Source: Octopus bimaculoides
Taxonomy: Eukaryota
Reading direction: 5' to 3'
Length of the DNA: 64,000 bases
NCBI RefSeq assembly: GCF_001194135.2
Contig: NC_068985.1
Coordinates: 18,591,285-18,655,284 of the forward strand
The notes under the pieces are model-generated. The model made no database searches and was not told the origin of the DNA. It was given only the letters and a program-made list of their open reading frames with translations. Positions 36,757 to 49,136 of the stretch are shown here, in pieces. Position 1 is the stretch's first letter; each line of letters begins with the position of its first letter. Both the position numbers and the translations under genes were made by a program.

Positions 36757-39700
36757 TTCAGTGTTAAAACAACTCCGAGTCAAAATGATTTTACATCAAC
36801 TTACAAGAATAAAAATTTCATGAAACTGAGAAGTTAAAACTTCTCAGTTTCATCAGTTTTTAGTCTTAAAAATCTAATAATTGACAAGTTTTCAAAAATT
36901 AACATTACTTTCAAAACGTGATAGAATTAACTTTATGAAAATAGTGTTTGTTACCAAACAAAATTATTTCAGTTTTTAACTGGTATAAAATAACATCCAT
37001 CAATGCCAATTATGAGGGTGTTGTTTTGTCCAAGTCAACTGTAATTATAGCTACAAATATAAGATTTTCTAGCTGTAACTATTTAATTCCTGAGTACTTG
37101 CAACAAAGCAGGAAATTTCAATACTCAAGCATTAAGAGTTGATCTTAAAACAGAAGCGAAGGTTGTTACAAAATGTCTCACATAGTATGTTAATTGTGGT
37201 ACCATATTTTTGCAGGGAATAATCCTTATTTTTTTTGTATATCTATGACTGTGTTGCCCTGTGTGTCAGTTTTTTTTTTAAGATGGTAGATTTTAAGATG
37301 GTGATTTGAAGAAATTTTACTGCTATTTCTTGCAGGTCAAATGACCACATATGGATTCATTCATTAGGTTACAATAATTGTGAGTTCTATGTGCCTAGAT
37401 AAAATATTCTCAGTAAAAACAAACAAGAAAAAAATCAATTGACCCTAATATATGACATCCAAAAGTTGACACATTACAATGTATAGAAACCACTATTGTT
37501 ATATCTTAAATGAATTATCACTCCCATAGTTTTAAAAGGTTATTTAGACTATCACCATAGCTACATTAATACATCCTTGATTTATCAATAAATTATGCTG
37601 ATTGAGATTACACAACAAAAGGGTTTATATCTTAGTATGTAACACAAAATGAGATGCACAAGTCTTTGCTTTGTAAAGCGATGAAACATGGGCAGGGAAT
37701 GTAGAGAATTTACAGAAGTATACGTTGAGAAAAGTTCATGATAATGCAATCTTAACTTACAAAGTCAAAGCACAAATAAACCAAGAAGGCTATTGTATAT
37801 GAAAAGCATTAGCTAATGTAAGTTCTTCCAGTCAGAGCTGAAGGGAGTGGTTACATGAGGCTTGAGAACATTGGATATATATATAACAGATGAAGTAAGA
37901 TTAAGGTATCTGGGAAGGTACTTTACTGTCAACTCCCACTATGCCTTGTTACGATAGAAAACAGAACCTGACAATTATGATACTAAAGACAATGATTATG
38001 AAATAATAATGGTTTTAAATTTGGCACAAGGCCAACACATTTTTTAGAGGGAGATAAGATGATCATGTTGACCCCTGTGCTCAACTGCTACGCATTTTAT
38101 CAACAATAAAAGATGAAAAGGCAGAGTAGACTTCATCAGTATTTGAACTCGAAATGTAATGAGTTGGGAAATGCACCTAAGCATTTTGTCTGTTGCTATG
38201 ATTTTATCTTCTCAATGCCCTTTATTATGAAATAATAACAGGCCTATTTCTTGAATGCAAACATGGCTGAATAAATAGGAAGTTAGATTCACAACCATTT
38301 GGTTATGGGATAGATCCCATAACCATGTATGGTACCTCAGAGAACAATCTTCTATTAATGTCCGAGGTTGACAAATACCTTGTGAGTAGAATTTGGTAAA
38401 CGGATTGTGTGCAAAAGCCCACCAAATGTCTGTGTCCTATGTATGCTTGACTATAGTGCCATTTAAATAAAATAAAAAAAGTATATCGAAAAGATAACAG
38501 CCTTTTTATAAATAGAAATTGATAAAACAAGAAACAAATAAGTACTAGGGTCAACTTAAACTGTCAGAAGTGGTGCTCTAGCATGGTCACAGTCAGATGG
38601 CTCGAACCAGTGAGAAAAAAAAAAAAAAAAGGGAATATTGTATCATAACTAATCTTTCTTTCCCCCACCACTCAAATTTTTATCTGAGACATAGCTGAGT
38701 GTGAATATCAGAAAATAAAATAAAAGCTTCAAAGGCTATCAGGAAAATCTTATCTGATAATTAGCTAATTTCATACGTTTAATACAAATAATCTTTTTCT
38801 CTTTAGCTCGATCAAATGGATTAGCTTAAGAAAACATTACAATTGTAGCATAAAAGAACAAATTGTTGACTTTACCGGGTTTTCTTGCTAGACAAATTCA
38901 AACACTTTGCTGATGTCAAAACCAACATTACTTTGAGAGTTCTCAAAAGCAATGACCATTGATTTGAATGTAACATACAAACTAGTTAATATAGTAAATT
39001 TGTCTTTACAAAAGCTACACTATTGGTAACAGAGAAAGCAACTAAAAAGAGACTTGATGGTTATCATTTATATGTTTGATGCAAGAACAATAAATTGGTG
39101 GCTGGAAGTTCAGAGAGGTTGCCCTTCTTGGGAACAGGGCACAGTGAATCATTTCTTCAATTTCTGATACAAAGCAATAAAGACAGTGGTTGAAGAATTC
39201 AGTAAGGGTGGAGTCTGTCTTAAAGAGTACACTGAGGGGAAACAATAAAATATTTGCTGTGTTGGGTTCATGCAAAGTTAACATTAAGGGGGTTCCAGAA
39301 AGTGTTTTGAGATGCACAAAATTGGAAGCAAAGTGGGCAGAAAATATGGTTTTATCTACAGAAATCCTGTTAACTGGACCAGTGTTATAAAAGTGTGATG
39401 GGTTCAAGATGAACTGTCTGAATCAGTTTCTTCAACTTCCTGTATCAAATCAGCAGTGACATAGAATGTGGAGGGAAGCCAAAAGAAATTGTGTGCATTA
39501 AAATCAAAGAATATGGTTTTAGAGAGAGAGAGAGAGAGAGAGATGAAGGGAGATAGTTCTCAGTGCAGGATGAAACAATTGTTAATTGGAGAAATTTTGG
39601 AGTGCTAAAGAAAAAAAAGATAAATTTAAAAAGGAATTGCATAAAGCATTTGAACCCAAGTAATAGAAAATCTTTGTAGGTTATGCTTAGGTGAATAAAG

Positions 39701-40266
39701 TGGAATTTCAAGTGGGTACAAACACCATATTTGGGAAACGAGTTATAATACTGAATGCAACCATGTTAGCAGTTATGGGTTAGAGATAATGAATAAGAGA
39801 GTATTTTTTAATGATGAATAGCAGGTATGTTCTGCATAAATGGTGATCACAGGTGAACCAAAGTCCACAGAAATTGGAGCAGAGGAAGAAGAAGAACCAG
39901 TAAATTGGTTCTCATTTCCTGTATATTTTGATATGATTTTAGGGAGGAAAATGCTGGCTCTTAACAGAGAAGAGAAAGGAAAAATACCAACGATCCCATA
40001 TCAATTTACATGTATATAGCCAGCCGGAAGTCAAAGAAACTGCAGGTGGCATTTAGGAACTCTGTGCTAGAAACATGCTAGTAATGAAGTAAGAGAAAAC
40101 TGGATAAGGGATTATAAGCCAGATGATATTGCAGCTTCCCGACACATTACCCATGAGTTTTGGTTTCAGTACCATTGAAACCAGGAAACCAGGAAACTTT
40201 TTCTTCAGTATCAATGAAACCAGGAAACTTTTTCTTCTAGTAATTTCTGGATGTGTACTTTCTCAC

Positions 40267-40333
<67 letters not shown>

Positions 40334-40352
40334 NNNNNNNNNNGAGAGAGAT

Positions 40353-40391
<39 letters not shown>

Positions 40392-42967
40392 TAGACAGAG
40401 AGAGACAGAGAGAGTGCAAGAAAGCAAGATAGTTCAATACTCAAACATCAAAAGGTGATCTTAAACAAGCAGATGAGGCTTATTCCAAAATGTGTGACAA
40501 GGTGTCTATTCTGGCTCTAGCATCAGGGGTCTTAGAAGACAAAGTTATCTTTGCCATGAACAAATACTATTTTCAAATAATAAAGTTCCTATACAGAAAT
40601 CTGTCACTATAATGGTTGGTGCATAGAAAAAGAAGAAAAAGTTTGTTACTATAAGAGAGATAGCTGTGCTTATTCTAGATTAGCCATCAAAAAATCTTTT
40701 CGAATGGAAGCAGTTGAAATAACTTCAAAGGTTTTGAGTTCAGCCACCCTGCACAGCACCTTGGGCAAGTAAGTTCTACTATAGCACCAAGCCAACCAAT
40801 GAGTGGATTTCGTAGATGGAAATTGAAAGATGCCCATCGTTTATTATATATATATATATATATNNNNNNNNNNNNNNNNNNNNNNNNNNNNNNNNNNNNN
40901 NNNNNNNNNNNNNNNNNNNNNNNNNNNNNNNNNNNNNNNNNNNNNNNNNNNNNNNNNNNNNNNNNNNNNNNNNNNNNNNNNNNNNNNNNNNNNNNNNNNN
41001 NNNNNNNNNNNNNNNNNNNNNNNNNNNNNNNNNNNNNNNNNNNNNNNNNNNNNNNNNNNNNNNNNNNNNTATATATGCATGTCTCGTTATCTTGACATCA
41101 TGTGATAGTTATAAGTGGTGTAATTCATTTCCAGTCTTCCATAAAAGATGTCCAATGAAGGGGAACTACTACTTTGCTAGGAAACAGGTGAGAGCTGACA
41201 GAAATGGCATCCAGCCGTAGAAAACCTATCCTAAGGAATTCCGTTTGACTCATGCAAACATAAGAAATTGAACGTTAACATATGTGGTAATCAACTTCAA
41301 TATTAAATCATATTTATTACCATCTGAGCCAATTCATGTCTTGCTATATATTGGTTTTAGGAAGAAAATTCACACGGTTTTCCCCAATTATATACAGACT
41401 TCGATCTCATTTTATTTTCTATCTCAGGTAATAACTATGGTTACTTTTGCATGGTCAGTTTTCAGGAGAGAGCTTGATGAATTCGTAAATTGTCCTTTCT
41501 ATTGCCGCGATCAATTCAAATTGTTTTCAAACATTATTCCAACATCGAATATTTGACAACGAGTTTAATGAACCTTACGTGTGTGGGTGAATATGTCAAT
41601 GCCGATCAAGTTGTGATGACAAACGATATATGGATCACGAGGTCTGTACAATTATCAGCTGTAATTCAAGATGGCCTACCTCTGAACGACGCTAAGACAG
41701 GTAACGGACCAAAGTTTCCGAGAATATTAACTATACAATTTTATATCTTTATTGAACGATCTCGCATTACAAACTAATGCTTTATGCAATAAAACGGTAA
41801 AATTGAATAACCATCGAACACAGTTTCTTGTTTTTGTATTGGGACACACAAAGATTTACAGTTTAAAACTTGATTTAAGTAGTTCTGTTTAAAGACACGA
41901 CACGACTTAACATTTTGTCTTCAGAAAATCAAGCTTACAAGGTCCAAGATTCTCAGAGTTTTGCCTGATTATCACTAAAAGGAGTGACGCCTGAACTTCT
42001 TTCCAACTGGAGATTCAATACCCACCCCTTTCCCCATTCAGTGATGATTATACATAAAATTTAAAGACCTTGATTAACTGAAATAAAGTTACCGTTAAAT
42101 TAAATCGAATTAGCAACTAATTGATCTGGAAATTTTTATCTGATCAAAAACAAACCAATTAACTATATTTAATACCCAATTAAGCCATTTCATCAATGCC
42201 AACAATAAGGACAATTGTATTTTAAAATATAAATTTACAAATAGTGGAATCACAATTTTCCCCGTCAAATGATTTTTTGATATTAATTAGGATTACGATA
42301 CATTGTAAGAAAATGCTACAAGATAAAATTATAAACATTAATGCAACAACAACAAAAAAATCTTGAATTGATGTCAAAAAATTCCTGTAGAAAAATTAAG
42401 CTAATTGAAGATCATTGTTCTTTTTTTTTGTTGTTTTTTTTTTTTTTTGTTAACTTGTATTGCTTGCCACTCCCATCCTGCTGGACAGGCTATGGGAGAT
42501 GTCTTTCTTCCTTGACACCAAATTAAAGAAAAAAATGTCGATTTGTTGACAAAAAAAAAAAAAAAATGATTTTACAGTTGAATGCTTTGAAAGTGAAGCC
42601 AGCAATGATTTTCCCAACTGAATACCTATAAGTATTTGACAAATACTGAATTGACAAACACGTTTGAACCAAAAGGAGAAAAAATAAGATTTAGTAATAT
42701 ATGTGAATAGTGATGTAACTAATAGTATATTTCTGATAGTAGCAAGACTGAATAAAAAATAAAATGAAATTTTTGAAATTCGAATAATATCATTCCAAAA
42801 CACCCTATCTAAACAACTAATTAAAAATGTATCTAATTGTTTGACAAAGGAAAAAATGTTTTGAGTGTATTTGTAAATGAAATTAAATACTTTACTTTCA
42901 TTTCTCAATAAAGAATTTATTAAAATAGTTCAACTTGTAATATCAACCAATGATTATAATAAATCAC

Positions 42968-43262
42968 CTTGTATTTCCTTAATTCTAGCGAGGAGTAAAA
43001 TATTAATTGCTTTTAATTGCCTAATTGCTTGGGGTTTTAAAGAGTTGAAGTGTACGGCAAAATGTGGCGAGAAAATTTAGGATCGACGGGATAGTGAGAA
43101 AAGATGCGACTTCAAGGAGATCGATAATGAAAAGAGAGTGGAAAATAAAAGCCGCAAACTGAAAGAATTGAAGATACAGCTAATTGAGATAAGCGAAGAG
43201 AAAAAGAATTATTGAGATGAGGGAAGTTAAGATGAAGTCAACAGAAAAGAAGAAAAAAACAG
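42968..43262 (-). other. Candidate non-coding second or alternative first exon
   Basis: Acceptor TTTTATTCTTTATCTCCAG|C and donor AAG|GTGATTT; pyrimidine-rich UTR-like sequence; the acceptor could be fortuitous in such DNA. Confidence 0.35.
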
Positions 43263-45037
43263 CTGGAGATAAAGAATAAAAACAAAAAGTTAAAAACAAG
43301 CGACATTAAGTCAGAATAGACGAGAAAAAGAAATAGAGTTATGAGAAATAACAAAAGAAAAGAAAGTATTCGAAGATGATCGGAAAATGAATAGCTGCCA
43401 ATGTTCCTCGGATTGGCAGATTGAACCCATTCCATTGCACCTTCTCTGCTACTAATTATCTTTGAGAAAAGCATTAGCAACATAACTTTCTATTTAATAC
43501 CACTATATGACACAGGACATTGTGCCCTCATATTATAAATAACATTGAAGTCAGGAAGACTATCATACGCAGCCTTCGAAGATGAATGAGTAAGACAGTT
43601 GTGAGAAGTTCCGATAGAAATGAAGTTATAATTTATCATTCGGAAGAGTATGCTTGTAACACTGGATCTGATTCATTGAAGGGTTATTTTGTAACTAAAA
43701 TCATAGCTTTTCTTTTACTTATCAACAGCAATTATTTCCTAATTCATTTTTTAAAAAATAAGCAACCTTTACTGAGCAAAAAAGAAAAAAACAAGATACT
43801 ATATATCTAACCATTATAAACCAGAATATATCACGGAATAAAATTAGCAAGATTATGAATTTCATAAATAAAATAATCTTGTGTTTAAACATGGAGGTTC
43901 AGATAAATTGTCAAAGATCACTTGGAACATTTAAATACAGATAAATGTCAGGATTTTCTTACAAAAGACAATAATTGTTTTAAATTAGAAAGAGCATGCA
44001 ACTGGAACAAGCTTTCATGCTAAATGGAAACAGTAGAGTATAGTGCCGTTCACCGTCTATTAATTTACTAGTTCGATACTAGCTAGAGTAGTTCATTGTT
44101 CAAAGCAGCTAATTAAATGTAGAATGAAACAACCCGTGAGTTTTCATGCATTTTACAGCAAACCCTCCATTAAATTGAGAGAATGAAAACGTAAAAAAGA
44201 CGGTGGTGTTCGCATTTTAAAAATTAAATTCTGAACAAAAGCATCTCTTTTTTTCCGCCACCAGATGTGACACTATCAATGAAAGAGAAAGAAAGAGGGG
44301 TAATTAATGCAACAACTAGGGATAAGCGATTTTAAAAAGCAAGTGGATATTTCATACAAATATACTTTTAATTCGCCCTCAATTTTCAACTGAATTTACA
44401 CTAACATGAAAATAACTCGGTAAAATTTTAACCCATCGATTTTAATTGCTTCTAGTGTTCCATTTTATTCGCCATATAGACATACATACATGCTATGGAT
44501 TTCGATTTTAAGGCGGGGCACTGATTCATGATTGAATTACCCACAATAAATAAATATAAAAATACCTAAATATTTCATTAAAGACAGGCAAACAGATCAG
44601 TTCAAATGGTTATTCATAACGAAAATATATTTATAAGTGACACTTGCATTCCAGTTACTAACAGTTTTGTACGATGACACGCACTACAGAGTTGTTTTGC
44701 ACATCAGTTCTTGGGTGAATTTTTCTAAAACTACACCAGCAACCCGACAAATTTTATATTAAACCCTGAAATATCAGTATTACAATAATAAAATTAAAAA
44801 AAACAAGTATTTTTTTGTTCTAAAATCAGAAAATAAGATATTTAATATTTCTTAGTGAAGATTGATATTAAACATGTTCTATCGTTTATCGCCGAGTAAA
44901 ATAAAATAAATTTCAAATGAACGTAAAAAATTTGAAATATACAAGTGACAGAAAAAAGATTTTTTAATTGTTTATGTAAAGGGAAACTGATTGTAACATT
45001 TAAAGCAATCTGGAAAACAACGCTTTTCGCACAAGCA

Positions 45038-45074
<37 letters not shown>

Positions 45075-45655
45075 NNNNNNNNNNNNNNNNNNNNNNNNNN
45101 NNNNNNNNNNNNNNNNNNNNNNNNNNNNNNNNNNNNNNNNNNNNNNNNNNTAGTGAGTGATAATGTATTTGCACGAACATGCAAGTCTCCACACATATAT
45201 ATAAGCATATGTGCATGTTAAATTAACCGAGAGCGAAAATGAATAAGTAATAAATAGAAAATGAATAAAGCTAAAGAAACAACTGTCACAAACAGAACAA
45301 AGAGGATTCACTTTTATTTTCTATCATTTCGTATTGTGAGTTAATCACGCACTTATCTTAACATATCGTTGATAACATGACTCCATTGTACCAGTTCCTT
45401 TCATTGACAAATAGATTTTATTTGACAGAGGTTTCGATTTAATTTTTTGAGAATTACTTTTTCAATCTTTATTAGTAATATTCCTTTTAAATAACTGCTT
45501 GAAAAACAAGCGCATTTAATCTATTACGATAAGTGTTTATTTATAGGATTAATTATAGGTTTAGGTAATATTTTGAGGATGATCGATTTCGTATTAAATA
45601 TCTGTGAACATAAGAGAAAAATGTTTCCTAATTTTTAATAAATCAAAACACTTAC

Positions 45656-46034
45656 CCAAAATAAAAAGGTGAAACATAACACACACAATTTGAGACAGAA
45701 CGATTTTCCTTCAAAACCCATTTTGGTAAACAATCCGTATATAAAGGTGAAAGAAAAATATTTAAAGCTATTTCACATTTTTCATGGAAAGAGCCTTTAG
45801 AAAGTGGTCTACCACACACGGAAGAAAGCTAGGTAGGGGAGAAGTAGTAAAGAAAGTGGAGAAAACGGGTGCAGTCGTCAGTTTACTGTAAGAAGTCAGT
45901 TTGAGCGTGTCAGGAAAGTAGTAGTAATTCTGGATGTAGTAGCTGCTGCTGCAACGGCGGCTAAAAGATTGTAGTAGTCAGCAGGCAAGCGCGACACAAT
46001 GATAGAAACTTAATAGTTGAACGCGAGGAAAACT
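45656..46034 (-). other. Probable first exon (5' UTR with uORFs) of the host gene
   Basis: Inr-like TCAGTT (A at 46034), CpG-rich UTR-like sequence, strong donor TGG|GTAAGTG; ends with an open 22-codon ORF from CAAA-ATG at 45721 (MGFEGKSFCLKLCVLCFTFLFW). Confidence 0.55.
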
Positions 46035-47595
46035 GAATGAGTGCATGTTCATTAAAGCTATTAGATGCTTCAAGTGTTAACTATTTTCAAGTATGGGTGG
46101 ACATACAAATCATTTAGTTATTAAGATTTTTCAAACCCATCTTTCATGTAAGTTGTGGTTATTCAAATGTTTCGTTAAACCTTATAGGTGCTACTAGTAT
46201 AAAAAGTACTTTTTATCTAAATAAGCAGTTCTCCATAATTTCACGAAATTAAGACTAATTAGTTTTTAAGGTACCATAAGTGAGATATTTACAAAACCAA
46301 TTATTACATCATTTTATTTTTTCCTCTCCTTATTTTATCGAAACGTTTAATAGATCCATCAAGGAAAATCAAGGGTAGTCAAATAACTTTATTCATCCCT
46401 GATTTCCTTATCGTCTTTCGGTTCGATCCCACCGCGAGGCACCATGAGTAGGTGTTTTCAGGTCGACCAATATCTTGTGAGCGGAATTTGCTAAACGGAA
46501 ACTGAAAGCTAGTTGGTGGGATCGTTCCTGTTCTTGGGTGGTGAACATATCTGAGGATAGCTTCCCCTATCTGTCTCAGAGACCCTGAAGGGATACATAG
46601 ATGTTTCCTTTTCTCTCTTGACCAGGCCATTAAAAATTCTAACCTTTTAGTCTATGATAGCCCATTTCGATAACCAGCAAGACAATACTTATTAACCCTT
46701 TCGAAACCTTAATATCAAAAAAATCCTAAATTCTCCGACGCTGTCAATATCACACCAATTATCGATAGTATCAGATGATCAGATAGATGTACAAGGAGTT
46801 GCGTGATAACAATAACATCTAAGATTGGTTCAATTTCATTTTGCTCCAATGTGAACTGAATTTTCTGATAAATATTAATACTTAAGTAACTAATGGAGAA
46901 CCACCTGGTCGTTTGGATAACAATAAATTCTAAACAAATCTAGTCACAAAATCTTATTTTAATTTGTATTTTAGACAGAAGACATTTACCATTCTTAAAA
47001 TCATGAATGATAAATTTCCATCTCACTTCTGCATGTATATGTTAAAAAAAAACAGTAGAAGCGGTATGAGGTAGTTTAGTCACGACAAGATTTTATTAAA
47101 CATGCATATTAAGAGTGATTAGTAATAATGATACGGGTGAAAGTGTCGCATTCTCATGTGGTTTGTGGAACAAAACAGAACGCAGGAGTTTACCATGGTA
47201 GGACTGAATGAGGACGAAATACTGGGGTGCCCAGATATTCATTAAGTGGCTGTCTGCTTCATTACCGGTTAAGTCACGCTATTTTAACAGACATATACTT
47301 ATTGATATTGTTGTTACATAATTGTGTAATGTATCTTGGGGAAGTTGTTTCACTATAGCCTCGGGTTGAGTAATTCTCTGTAAAATTGGCAGACGGAAGC
47401 TCGTCGTCGATAAGCATGTGTGCGTGCGTGTTTCTATGTGATTTTGTTTATATGTTCCGCAATTTAGCAGTTCGGTAAATTGAAAACGATAAGTGTCAGA
47501 CTTGAAACTAAGTACTGAGGTCGATATAAATGACTAAACCGCTTCCAAGTGGTGCACTAGCATGGCCACAATCCAAGAACTGACGTGTGTGTGTC

Positions 47596-47649
<54 letters not shown>

Positions 47650-47928
47650 CAAATGAATAACAGACGGTGGATAATTGTCAGCTCATTACATCTGTTTCTT
47701 ACTCATCTTTTTAATAGACGAATGAGAACATTACTCCATTACAAAAAAAACCGTAATCATGAGATGAAACGTTATTTTACAAGCAAAAGAATATCCCAAG
47801 AATACAGCAGGGACGTGCTGAAATCTGTCGAGGCCAACTGCAATGAGCTGACAATTATGCATCGTCTGTTATTATTCATTTGATTATAATAAACCAAGGG
47901 GATTTACAACTTGTCAGACCCCCTAGAG

Positions 47929-48054
47929 CAGTGGTTCCAACTTTTTCACTACCAAGGACCCCTTTTATTTAAATGATATTGAAAGGTCTGTCAGCTTAAC
48001 ATGTTTACGGACTCTCAGTCCTACCTTTGCGGACCACTGGTTGGGGAACCACTG
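47929..48054. mobile_element. 126-bp hAT MITE
   Basis: TIRs CAGTGGTTCC / GGAACCACTG with a perfect 8-bp TSD CCCTAGAG. Confidence 0.92.
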
Positions 48055-48266
48055 CCCTAGAGTATACCAACAACGTACAATTCAACGTAGCGCGTACTTT
48101 GGATCAACCTCCAGGCGCTAAATACTCATAGGGTTGGTTTTCTCTGAAGTACACAATCGGAATAGCCTATTTGATACTTACCAACCATAGGCCGGAACTA
48201 CAGGTTTATCAAACCCTACCTGGTGCATATCTTTCCCAATACCTGATTCTATCTGAATCCTTATCT

Positions 48267-48308
<42 letters not shown>

Positions 48309-48361
48309 AGCAAAATAGCTAGTCGTAAAATCTCAAGAAGAGATCAGAGCAGTAACTATAC

Positions 48362-48915
48362 CAGTGGTTCTCAAACTGGGGTCCGCGAAGCAATTTTAGG
48401 GAGACTGCGAAGGGACACTGAAGTATCGTGAAAACGGGGTGGCTTGAGACAGTTTAAGTTTTAAAATTTCAAGAATTTCTATTTTTACGCATGCTATCAT
48501 CCTTTTTGTCGTTGGCCTCAAAAACCCACATCACTCCTACACGCTCATTTACTGATCACACTTGTTGTACAAGTACGATTGACCGATAAAAAATATGCGG
48601 GTATAACGGTTGATCGTGTGTGCGCTGTCGGTATTTTTCGTTTCAAATTTATTTTCTAACCAATTGATCAACTGATTCCCCATATTTTCATGTGCATTTA
48701 TGGTATCCCAATGGGACATTGCCTGGATTAAGTTGTGGTTTTCGGGGTTGTGGGTCTATGGGCAGTGCGGTTTATAGTCCGGAAATTACGGTACACGAAC
48801 GTATGTCAGTTTTTTTCTATGTTGATTATCCTGCATTTTATAGGGGACCGCGAATCATCGAAAAAACTGTAAGGGAACCGGCACGAAAAATTTTTGAAAA
48901 GTTTGAGAACCACTG
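48362..48915. mobile_element. 554-bp hAT MITE
   Basis: 16-bp TIRs CAGTGGTTCTCAAACT / AGTTTGAGAACCACTG; TSD AACTATAC / AACTTTAC (7 of 8). Confidence 0.9.
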
Positions 48916-49093
48916 AACTTTACTAATAAATGGCTGTTCCATTAACCCCAAGCAGATAGGCCGCCACCTGGTTATCGGTGCGACACTGCACCCTATATAT
49001 ATNNNNNNNNNNNNNNNNNNNNNNNNNNNNNNNNNNNNNNNNNNNNNNNNNNNNNNTATATATATATACAATATATACTCTCTCTCTCTCACT

Positions 49094-49136
<43 letters not shown>

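Larger units (their letters stand above)
41380..46400. promoter_or_regulatory. TE-poor, CpG-retaining promoter / first-intron regulatory region of the minus-strand gene
   Basis: Abrupt rise in CpG, near absence of SINEs over ~5 kb, Inr-like TCAGTT at 46031-46036 (minus), inverted CCAAT pair at 43395-43419. Confidence 0.55.

Noticed and set aside
39040-39420. Possible LINE RT remnant (GVPESVL)
   Set aside because: A single weak motif with no other RT blocks recognisable
41490-41777. 95-aa plus-strand ORF in the CpG-rich zone and a plus-strand acceptor at ~41427
   Set aside because: Non-ATG start, no recognisable domain, no consistent exon chain
42470-42498. Hairpin CTCCCATCCTG-ctgga-CAGGCTATGGGAG as a pre-miRNA
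   Set aside because: The stem is only about 11 bp, too short for Drosha/Dicer processing
47068-47090. let-7-like TGAGGTAGT
   Set aside because: Only the first 9 nt match, and there is no complementary arm
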